Shown here piece after piece: positions 1 to 7,884 of a stretch of 64,000 nt of DNA (position 1 is its first letter; each line of letters starts with the position of its first letter). Source of the stretch: Verrucomicrobiota bacterium (GTDB lineage: Bacteria; Verrucomicrobiota; Verrucomicrobiia; Opitutales; Coraliomargaritaceae); contig JAURBE010000001.1 in NCBI GenBank assembly GCA_030829145.1, forward strand, positions 6,246 to 70,245, read 5' to 3'. The translations under genes were made by a program, and so were the position numbers. The notes below the pieces were generated by a model, which did not search any database, was not told the DNA's origin, and was given only the letters and a program-made list of their open reading frames with translations.

Positions 1-387
1 GAAGCTAAGCACTTGGACCTCCTTTATCTGAAGCATATTGAAGTCGAGCAGCGTCCTGTTAGGCTGTAATGCAAGCACATAAAGTCCTGATAAACCGGCT
101 TCAGCAATTGCTTTCCTTTGCCGCTGCGACGTCTTATCGCTACCCGTGACAGGGTGAGCTAATGAATCTGAATCAAAACGGGCGTAACCTTTCAATCTTC
201 GATATAATGAAGCACTAGATTTACCGATCTTCTGGATCTTGTTATCAAAATGCATGATATACACCCCAGACGCGCTTTGATCTAGCTTCTCAAGATTCTT
301 TATCTGTAGGCCTTTCATAGGAAGCCATTCGGCAAAACCGAGATCTATGAAACCAGTATCCAAAGCAGCTTTTATTAAAGCATTCAT
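1..387 (-). CDS. GIY-YIG-like nuclease domain protein, partial (runs off window start; absent from ORF track)
   Basis: Manual translation from ATG 387 is open to base 1: MNALIKAALDTGF...SGVYIMHFDNKIQKIGKSSASLYRRLKGY. The GVY..KIGKS..RRL..Y pattern matches the GIY-YIG signature. Confidence 0.55.
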   Translation of the reverse strand, partial: MNALIKAALDTGFIDLGFAEWLPMKGLQIKNLEKLDQSASGVYIMHFDNKIQKIGKSSASLYRRLKGYARFDSDSLAHPVTGSDKTSQRQRKAIAEAGLSGLYVLALQPNRTLLDFNMLQIKEVQVLSF

Positions 388-535
388 ACAAATAGTCCCA
401 AAATTGGAAATTCAACTTCCCACTTCAACTCTTTTGCTGCCAATGGAATTCGTGAGTTTGAGAAACGTTTGAATAGTCCTTTTAGCATGATGTTTTATTT
501 AAAGATAAGTAATGCCGACACGGTTCGGAAGTCGC

Positions 536-856
536 CTACGCAACATCCTCGGCGTAGAGGAATTTCTGAAAGCCGCTGAAGACTTCGTTGATGGCTTTGG
601 CGGGGCCTAGGTCGGCTACGGCGTCGGGGAGTGAGTCGTTATACTTGAGGCGTAGCAGTGGAGTCAGCTTGCCTTGATCTAAATCCTCTACCCCTACGTT
701 AACGTAGTGGGACAGGACGAAGTCCAGGAAGGCTTGCTGCTTGGGGTTGAATTGGCTGCTGATCTCTACCTTTGCTTTGGTGGCTCGTTCTTCGCGGGTG
801 CAACCGGCATCCTTGTGGAGGATGTCATCAATATTTCTAAAGGCTTGTTCGAACAT
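536..856 (-). pseudogene. Type I restriction-modification relic: HsdM N-terminus fused in frame to HsdR (EcoEI-type) C-terminus
   Basis: MFEQAFRNIDDILHKDAGC is a typical HsdM start. TREERA...KQQAFLDFVLSHYV..GVEDLDQGKLTPLLRLKY...FQKFLY is a typical HsdR C-terminal tail. Confidence 0.75.
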
Positions 857-937
857 AGGTGTTTGTGTCGGGAAAGGTCGTTGCAGGCGTTAGGCCGCGA
901 TTAAAGGGTAAGCGTCGCGCGCGAAGGCACATGGCTG

Positions 938-3136
938 CTAAAAACGTGGATCGGTCGGAAAGCGGTTGATCAATGGATGCTTGGATTGCGGTGCGCCCGC
1001 CTGAGTGCGAATCGCTGCACGCAGACTGCGAATCGCATCCGTCATTGCTGTCTCCTGCACGGGATCCACTGCAAGCTGTGCCTTTGCTTGTGCGAGCGCA
1101 GCATTCAATGCGGAGGTATCCGCCCCCTGCTGGCGCGCGGCTGCCTGCGCTTTTTCGCCGAGTCGAATCAAAGCGAACATCCCTGGCCGGTACGCATAGC
1201 CATCTTGCAAAATCGCCGAGTCGTGCACTTGGTGCCCGACGTCCGTCACTGCAGGCATCTCTTCGGCGGTGAGCAAGAAGCCATTCGCGTCCACCATACT
1301 GAAGGTGGCATGCGTTGCCCCTGGGGGCATGGTCGCTTCGACCCGCCCAGTAGAGACGATCGCGGGAGCCGCAAACCATTCTTCTCGATTGCCTCGGGTC
1401 GTATCAAACTGTTTCGGGTTCAGCGTATAGATGAGTTGTGCGCTCACGATTGGACTTTTGCCTGCGCCAGTTTCAAAGGTCGCCCACACACGATCCTCCA
1501 CAGAGCCCAATTCCAGTATGGCTGGGCATGCTTGAGCCTCAGACTCAAAATCGGCGCTGGCATTGCGATACGGCAGCGGCGCACCGGGGGCTGCGATTTG
1601 CTCGTTCAAATCACTCAGCAATTCGGCCAGTTTTTCGGGATATTGATCCGCCACATTGTTGGCCTCACTCAAGTCCATCGTTGTATCGGCGCCATCATAG
1701 AGACGAAACAATTGAGCCGCATGCTTGGCCTTTCCACCCTGCGGGGCGACGTAGTGATTCACCAGTTTCCAGTCGCCCTTACGAATCGCTGCCGACATAT
1801 GCGCATCCCAGGGGAAATACCAAAACAACGACTCACGCTCGGTGCCATCGCTCAGTAGCGCGCGATCTGACTCACCGTGGATCAAGGGTAAGAGGTCACA
1901 GCCATCCAATTCGAGGGATGGATCTGGTGCCACTCCGGCCATTGCCATAAAGGTGGGGTATAAATCAATCAGGTTGATCGGTGTGTCACACACCGTGCCG
2001 GCAGGGACGCCAGGGCCACGGACGAGAAATGGGATGCGCACCCCACCCTCCCAGGTGTTTTGCTTCCCGCCGCGCAAGGGTAGATTGTCAGTATAGGGCA
2101 GCACACCGCCGTTGTCCGAATCCACAATCACATAGGTGTTCTCAATCAGCTTATGTCCCGGATTGCGCGGATCATCGGTCACTTCCAAATACTCGATCAC
2201 TTGACCGATCATCCAATCCACTTCGTCCACCATACTTGCATAATACGGGTTACTATGCCCGAGAATATCTTTGTAGATCGTGCCGGGGTCCGTCGGAAAG
2301 GGGTAGCCCATTTTTTCCAGATAGTGCTCAAAGCGCTCGCGGTTACGTGCCTGAATCGGGCCATGCACATAATACGGGCAATAATTCAAAAAGAACGGCT
2401 TGTTTTTATTTTTTTTGATAAACCCGAGCGCCAAATCGAGTGGCTTATCAAACGGACGCCCTTCGGCGTTCAGTTGAAAACGGTCCTGAGGGTCCGTCGT
2501 GGCGAAATCGGATAAGCGATCGGGTTGCATCCGGCCCCACGAGCCAAAGAACGCATTTTTGTTACCATCTTTGGGATCCCACAGATCAGGATCGTTATAA
2601 TATTTATGCCCGCGCTCGTTTTCGGTAAATCCGAAATCAAATCCCTGATCCAGAGGAAACGGATAGCCAGCCGACTTGCCCCCAGCATGCCATTTCCCCA
2701 CGTGCCCACTGTAATAGCCCGCCCGCTTTAATGTCTCAGGAATCATCGGTTCCTCCAGCGGTAATCCATACACATAGTAAGGGCAGACACGCTGGCTCTG
2801 AGGATGCCATGCGCGCGGGATCCGCCCGCCAGATACATGATACACGCCGGTATTGACCGGGTGCTGACCGCGCAAAAAGGCCACGCGCGAGGGTGCACAA
2901 CTCGGAGCCGGCGAATATGCATGCGTGAAGCGACGCCCCATGCGTGTCAAACGATCCAAGTGCGGCGTTTCATAGACCGGATCCCCATTGATTCTGTGGC
3001 TCTCAATATCTTGTGAACCAAGGTCATCGACCATGATATGCACAATGTTTGGCTGTGGCGATGCCTCTGCCACAAGAGGTGCTGCGGAAAGCCCCACAAA
3101 CAGGGCCGCACTGATGGAATAAACGAGATGCTTCAT
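938..3136 (-). CDS. Secreted formylglycine-dependent (S1) sulfatase with C-terminal extension
   Basis: Signal peptide, PNIVHIMVDDLG, CAPSR, GKWH, SDNGG, WEGGVRIP. Confidence 0.95.
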   Translation of the reverse strand: MKHLVYSISAALFVGLSAAPLVAEASPQPNIVHIMVDDLGSQDIESHRINGDPVYETPHLDRLTRMGRRFTHAYSPAPSCAPSRVAFLRGQHPVNTGVYHVSGGRIPRAWHPQSQRVCPYYVYGLPLEEPMIPETLKRAGYYSGHVGKWHAGGKSAGYPFPLDQGFDFGFTENERGHKYYNDPDLWDPKDGNKNAFFGSWGRMQPDRLSDFATTDPQDRFQLNAEGRPFDKPLDLALGFIKKNKNKPFFLNYCPYYVHGPIQARNRERFEHYLEKMGYPFPTDPGTIYKDILGHSNPYYASMVDEVDWMIGQVIEYLEVTDDPRNPGHKLIENTYVIVDSDNGGVLPYTDNLPLRGGKQNTWEGGVRIPFLVRGPGVPAGTVCDTPINLIDLYPTFMAMAGVAPDPSLELDGCDLLPLIHGESDRALLSDGTERESLFWYFPWDAHMSAAIRKGDWKLVNHYVAPQGGKAKHAAQLFRLYDGADTTMDLSEANNVADQYPEKLAELLSDLNEQIAAPGAPLPYRNASADFESEAQACPAILELGSVEDRVWATFETGAGKSPIVSAQLIYTLNPKQFDTTRGNREEWFAAPAIVSTGRVEATMPPGATHATFSMVDANGFLLTAEEMPAVTDVGHQVHDSAILQDGYAYRPGMFALIRLGEKAQAAARQQGADTSALNAALAQAKAQLAVDPVQETAMTDAIRSLRAAIRTQAGAPQSKHPLINRFPTDPRF

Positions 3137-3236
3137 AAATATCTTAAATGAATCGAAATTTTCCGAATACGAGCGACAAAGGAAGCGCTGCGTATTCCGA
3201 GAGTGCCTTCATAATAGCCCGACTGCGGGGCACTGC

Positions 3237-3258
3237 CTACCCTCTGTTTAGAGGGGGC
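3237..3258. promoter_or_regulatory. Palindromic operator copy 1 (CTACCCT-N8-AGGGGGC)
   Basis: One of six similar sites; about 100 bp upstream of the sulfatase start. Confidence 0.7.
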
Positions 3259-3440
3259 AAACCAGCGTTGCTGGTGTGGGAAGGGTATGAAAGTGGGAAG
3301 GTGCGAAGGGTATGAAAGTTTGAATGGTGGTTTGAGAGATCGATGTTGGTTGCTGGGAAGTGATTTTAACCATAGACCACTCCTCACTCCTCACTGAAGT
3401 ACTCTGGCCAACGCTCAACTTTCAACTTCCAACGCCCCCC

Positions 3441-6400
3441 CTACCAACCGGTCTCAACCAGTTTATAGAAGCGCTTTGAAAGCGCTCCATTGTGCTCGGC
3501 ATTCACGGTGACCGAACCATCGGCATTAATCGTAAATAAGGCTTCGCTGACGTCATCCCACTGGCTCAGGTCTGCAGAGACTTTAAGCACCCACGCGGTA
3601 TTGGGCGGCATAAATGTGAGGCTGTCATCGGAGCTGGGGTTGCCTACTTGCAAGTTCAGCACAGATGGCTCGGTCGGCAAATGCCCTGCAGGGTTCGTTC
3701 CATACTGAGACTCCTCCCAATTGAGTTTACCGTCGCCGTCGGAATCAAGCACATCGGCAGCCGCATAGTCGCCGTCGACAACCAGTCCGTAGGCATCCAA
3801 CCACGCCCGTGGTGTGCCCTTGCCTGTGATGCCCTGCACTTCGAGCCACTTCTGATAGTAGCGCGCTCCGATGGTTTTATATTCATCCACTAGGAAGTGA
3901 TTGGTGAGCGACCAACCCTCCTGGTCCAAATCGCTCAAATCGACGAAGTCGGCATTTGGGACCAGGTTGGCGATATCGCGATGAACCGCATCCACCTCAT
4001 AATTTAAAGAGCGATCCTCAATCCAGCGGGACACCATGGTTCCGCAGATAAACGGCGCGCTGCTGTTTGCGATCTCGGCTTCGACGTAGCCCCGATGTCT
4101 CGCGACCAGCGCAACCAGATTGGCCCCATATACTTCAGATGCGCTCGCATCGGCTTCCCCTTGGTGCCAGAGAATACCGCCGAATTCAATCGTCGTATAT
4201 TCACCGCTCACCTGAGCCAAGGCCGTCTGGAGAAAAGGCGTCACATTCAAATCCAGCACGTCTCCGTCATTCCAATTATTATTTCGGAAGCCAGTGCCGC
4301 CCACGGCATTTTTAAGAATGAGAACATCCTCATCAGGATGATCCGCGGCATACGCACGCGCAAAATAGAAATCGAGAGCGGTATACGAATTGGATTTGTA
4401 TTGAGCCTCAGCGACTGAGTTATCATAGAAGGTTGTTTGCAAGGGTTGAAATGCCCGAATCAACTCATTCTCTGCGCCTACGTCATAAAAATCTCTCGGA
4501 CGGGCACGGGACAGCTGCAGCATATTCGGCAGCGGGTGATCCTCCATCCCATACACATTCGACGATGCATTGCTGCTGGCGCCCTCCATATTCGACTGCC
4601 CTTCGGTCAAGAAGATGACCAGCTTGCGGTTTTTTTGCGTTTCGATCACGCGATACGTTCCACCAGCATTCAAGGCAGGCAGCGCTTCAACACTCGCCGT
4701 AATCGTTCCGTCGGCATTCACGACAAAGGTCATGTGCGGCACCACACCCCATACGGTGTCGTCGGTCGACGCTTCGATATGCCATGCCGTATTGGGCGGC
4801 GAAAAAGTCAGCGTATCTGGATCGCCGTTCGTGCCCTCCACCAAAGTGAAAGGAATCGGTGCGGCCACGCCCACGCCCGTCGGATCGGTGCCATCCCGGT
4901 ATTCCTCCCAATTGAGTTTGCCGTCACCATCAGAATCGAGCAGATCGGCCGCTTCATAATCGCCGCCAGTGACGAGACCATACAAATCGAGCCAACTGTG
5001 CGGGGTTCCCTGTGCGGTCTCGTCGAGTGCTTGAATCGAAATATTTGTCAGCGCAATCGCCAAATCGCCGCCGCCTTGATCATATGCGTAGTCGATCGTG
5101 CCCGACCAACTCTCTGTAAGAGTAACCGACGCGAACTCATAACCGTTTACCAATGAGCCATAGTCGACAAGCACCAGCGTGTCTCCGTTCGCGGTATCAT
5201 AGTTGCTCAGGTCAACAATCAGGTTGTCGAGTCTCGGATCAAAAATGTCTGAGTTGTTCCACGTAGTCACCCCTGCAGCATCCGCAGTATAAGTGATATT
5301 CAAAGTGTTATTCCCCAAGCCATAAATGTCCGTATTCAAAGTGGCACCCGCTTCGATAGTAAAGTCAGCAGTCGCACGAGGCCTCATGAAAGCAAGGTCG
5401 ATGGTTCCACCAGTCGCCAACGTCAAAGCGCTCCCGGCTTGGATTGCCAGTTCAGGGTGAAATCCTGTTTTTCTTGTCCCTGATTCAAGGGTTCGACCAC
5501 TTTCAACAGTATAAGTGGTATTAAAATTCACGTCATAATTGCCGGTTCCAAAGTCAATATCTACATCCTTGCCGTCCCCGGTAACGGGAGCTACATCACC
5601 GACCCACATTGTGGCATCGGTCCAATTGCCATTTCCGGAATTGTCCCAAGTGATGGGTGGTCCAGGAGGAGTGATATTTTTTAAAGCGATCGCGAGATCA
5701 CCGCTGCCTTGGTCATAAGCGTAGTCGATCGTTCCATTCCATCCCTCGGTCAGGGTGACGCTGGCAAACGTGGTGCCGTTCAAGTCGCCCGCCGCAGCAT
5801 AATCAGCAAGAATCAACGTGCTGCCGTTCGCGATGTCGTAGTTGGTCAGATCGACCGTCAAATGGTCTCCACCAATGTTAAATATGCCTGCCCCCGAGAG
5901 AGAGTTGGTCCACGTAGTCACGCCTGCCGCATCAGCGATGTAGGTGATGTTCAGTTCTTTACTGGATAAGCCATACACCATCGTATTCAACGATGCTCCA
6001 GGCTGGATCATAAAATCGCCACCGCTCGTTGCATCCGAGCGAGGTCGCATAAAGCCGATATTCATCGTGCCTCCGGTCGCCAACGTTACTGTTCCCCCCG
6101 TTACGATACTTAAATCATCCCCATAGCCGTTACCAGTGAGCACCGCAGTTTCCGCAGTCAAAGACTCGCCGCTTTCAATCGTCCATGCGTAATCCAAAAA
6201 ACTCTGCGTCGTAGCTGTAAGCACCACCGAATCACCGTTGACCGGGGCGACATCGCCGTCCCAGTTGGCAGTGGAGCTCCAGTTATCATCCGCAGCGCCG
6301 TCGTCCCATGTCACGGGCGATGCCATCGAAGCCGTAGCCGTCCCAATGACATCGATCTCCTGCATGACAATTCTACCATGATCTGCTGGCATCACGAACC

Positions 6401-6929
6401 GGATGGAATCAACGCCGGACGCGAGCACGCCAGTGGCATCATCTGTAATCGTAACACGCCGTGAGGCGGTTGTCGCTGTGGTATCAACCGTCACCAAATC
6501 GGTATACGTAGCGCTGCCCACCACACTGACCTGAACCGTGTAATCATGGTAATTAAAGTTCGTGTCGCTCGCCCACCCCGAAATCGCGATAATCGATGTC
6601 AGATCATACCCCTGCGTATTGACGGCTGTATTCAGATCGAACTGAATCGTTTGTGCCACACCGTCGTTATTGTAGTAAGTATTCTCAGTCGTGCTGGCAA
6701 TGTCTCCCGATCCGTCATTCAGGCCATCAGGGCCGAAGGTCTCCGCTCCGGCATCATAGCTAGACAGTGTGCTTTGCCCCTGATTCACCAAGTCGTTCGC
6801 AACGATACCACCCGCAAACGCATTTTGCGTGGCGCTATCATCGACCGTAGCAATCGCTGCTGCCTGAGAAATTGAGCTCAAGCCAATGAACGCACTGAGT
6901 GCGAATAGGGTTCTGATTGTCTTCTTCAT
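3441..6929 (-). CDS. Large secreted modular protein: repeated beta-rich domains plus SASA/CE6-like carbohydrate esterase and DxDGDG repeats
   Basis: Likely start MKKTIRTLFALSAFIGLSSISQA at 6929 (ORF track extends to 7061). GQSNMEG, GGTG and ILWHQGEAD esterase motifs; two DSDGDGKLNWEE modules. Confidence 0.8.
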   Translation of the reverse strand: MKKTIRTLFALSAFIGLSSISQAAAIATVDDSATQNAFAGGIVANDLVNQGQSTLSSYDAGAETFGPDGLNDGSGDIASTTENTYYNNDGVAQTIQFDLNTAVNTQGYDLTSIIAISGWASDTNFNYHDYTVQVSVVGSATYTDLVTVDTTATTASRRVTITDDATGVLASGVDSIRFVMPADHGRIVMQEIDVIGTATASMASPVTWDDGAADDNWSSTANWDGDVAPVNGDSVVLTATTQSFLDYAWTIESGESLTAETAVLTGNGYGDDLSIVTGGTVTLATGGTMNIGFMRPRSDATSGGDFMIQPGASLNTMVYGLSSKELNITYIADAAGVTTWTNSLSGAGIFNIGGDHLTVDLTNYDIANGSTLILADYAAAGDLNGTTFASVTLTEGWNGTIDYAYDQGSGDLAIALKNITPPGPPITWDNSGNGNWTDATMWVGDVAPVTGDGKDVDIDFGTGNYDVNFNTTYTVESGRTLESGTRKTGFHPELAIQAGSALTLATGGTIDLAFMRPRATADFTIEAGATLNTDIYGLGNNTLNITYTADAAGVTTWNNSDIFDPRLDNLIVDLSNYDTANGDTLVLVDYGSLVNGYEFASVTLTESWSGTIDYAYDQGGGDLAIALTNISIQALDETAQGTPHSWLDLYGLVTGGDYEAADLLDSDGDGKLNWEEYRDGTDPTGVGVAAPIPFTLVEGTNGDPDTLTFSPPNTAWHIEASTDDTVWGVVPHMTFVVNADGTITASVEALPALNAGGTYRVIETQKNRKLVIFLTEGQSNMEGASSNASSNVYGMEDHPLPNMLQLSRARPRDFYDVGAENELIRAFQPLQTTFYDNSVAEAQYKSNSYTALDFYFARAYAADHPDEDVLILKNAVGGTGFRNNNWNDGDVLDLNVTPFLQTALAQVSGEYTTIEFGGILWHQGEADASASEVYGANLVALVARHRGYVEAEIANSSAPFICGTMVSRWIEDRSLNYEVDAVHRDIANLVPNADFVDLSDLDQEGWSLTNHFLVDEYKTIGARYYQKWLEVQGITGKGTPRAWLDAYGLVVDGDYAAADVLDSDGDGKLNWEESQYGTNPAGHLPTEPSVLNLQVGNPSSDDSLTFMPPNTAWVLKVSADLSQWDDVSEALFTINADGSVTVNAEHNGALSKRFYKLVETGW

Positions 6930-7029
6930 GAGGTATAACTTTAAAAATGATTCAGCGCGATTCAGGACTTCGAATCCCAACAGCACGTTCCAGTGCTTGA
7001 ACCCATAATACCCGTCATTCGTATTCTTG

Positions 7030-7053
7030 ACTACCCTACTTTCGGAGGGGGGA
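7030..7053. promoter_or_regulatory. Palindromic operator copy 2
   Basis: ACTACCCT-ACTTTCGG-AGGGGGGA, about 100 bp upstream of ATG 6929. Confidence 0.7.
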
Positions 7054-7110
7054 ACCAGCAAAGCTGGTGTGGAAATGTATGAAAAGTATGAAGGTGCGAA
7101 GGTGCTACCT

Positions 7111-7841
7111 GATCTGACCGCGTAAAGAGATCCTCCTTGAAAAGCATATCCTTATACATGTCTTTGTCTATTTAAGTTGACGCTATGAATTGCCTATTTA
7201 AAGCTCCTCCCCTGCGAAGGGAAGGTGGCTCGGTCTGCCGAGACGGAGGGGTTTTCGCTGGCAATGTCCATCCCTTGAAGTAATCTGTAATGTATGTCTG
7301 TTAGTGACCAAGAGCGACTCAACAACTTGCCTGCGCTAAAGCATTTCCGCAGAAAACTACGGAGTCATATGACGCCTGCTGAGGCAAGACTCTGGACTTA
7401 CCTGAAAGGCAAGCAACTCGAAGGTCGAAAGTTTCGCCGCCAGCACAGTGTCAGCCAGTATATTTTGGATTTTTACTGTCCAGCATCAAAGCTGGCTATT
7501 GAACTGGACGGGCAGGCGCATAACAGCGCGATGGCTGCCGAATACGACCACGAGCGCACACTCTTCCTTCAAGCGACAGGTATTCAAGTGATTCGATTTG
7601 AAAACAAGACTGTCTTCGACCACCCAGAGTGGGTATTAGAACAGATTCGCACGGCAGTTAACAAAAGCGGAGGCTCGGCCCCAAACCCTTCCGGTCGGGC
7701 GAGCCGACCACCTTCCCTTCGCAGGGAAGGAGTTTTTTTTACCGCGAACTTCATAGGCTCAGACTTGTGTATAAGGATATACCGTCATTAGACGGGGGTG
7801 CTGCGCAACTCCAACGCTCCCCGATCTCACCGCGTAAAGAG
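7111..7841. mobile_element. Putative DUF559 nuclease cassette with nested direct and inverted repeats
   Basis: 19-bp direct repeats 7111-7129/7823-7841 (1 mismatch), 13-bp perfect IR 7146-7158/7768-7780, and inner ~52-bp REP-like IR ~7203-7254/7683-7733. Confidence 0.6.
7294..7791 (+). CDS. DUF559 / Vsr-like endonuclease
   Basis: LRSHMTPAEARLW..L...KFRRQH...YILDFYC...KLAIELDG..H....D.ER..FL...GIQVIRFEN. The C-terminus reads through the right-hand repeat. Confidence 0.9.
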   Translation: MSVSDQERLNNLPALKHFRRKLRSHMTPAEARLWTYLKGKQLEGRKFRRQHSVSQYILDFYCPASKLAIELDGQAHNSAMAAEYDHERTLFLQATGIQVIRFENKTVFDHPEWVLEQIRTAVNKSGGSAPNPSGRASRPPSLRREGVFFTANFIGSDLCIRIYRH

Positions 7842-7859
7842 CTGCGCTCCACGCGGTGA
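7827..7859. repeat. Hairpin repeat TCACCGCGTAAAGAGCTGCGCTCCACGCGGTGA
   Basis: Inverted copy at 11179-11207; half copy at 7117-7129. Confidence 0.7.
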
Positions 7860-7884
7860 ACTGATCGAGGCTACAAAATCACAC

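Noticed and set aside
977-1858. 293-aa plus-strand ORF
   Set aside because: Antisense shadow of the sulfatase; no recognisable motifs.
6930-7061. N-terminal extension of the 1206-aa ORF
   Set aside because: It overlaps the operator, and the signal peptide begins at 6929.
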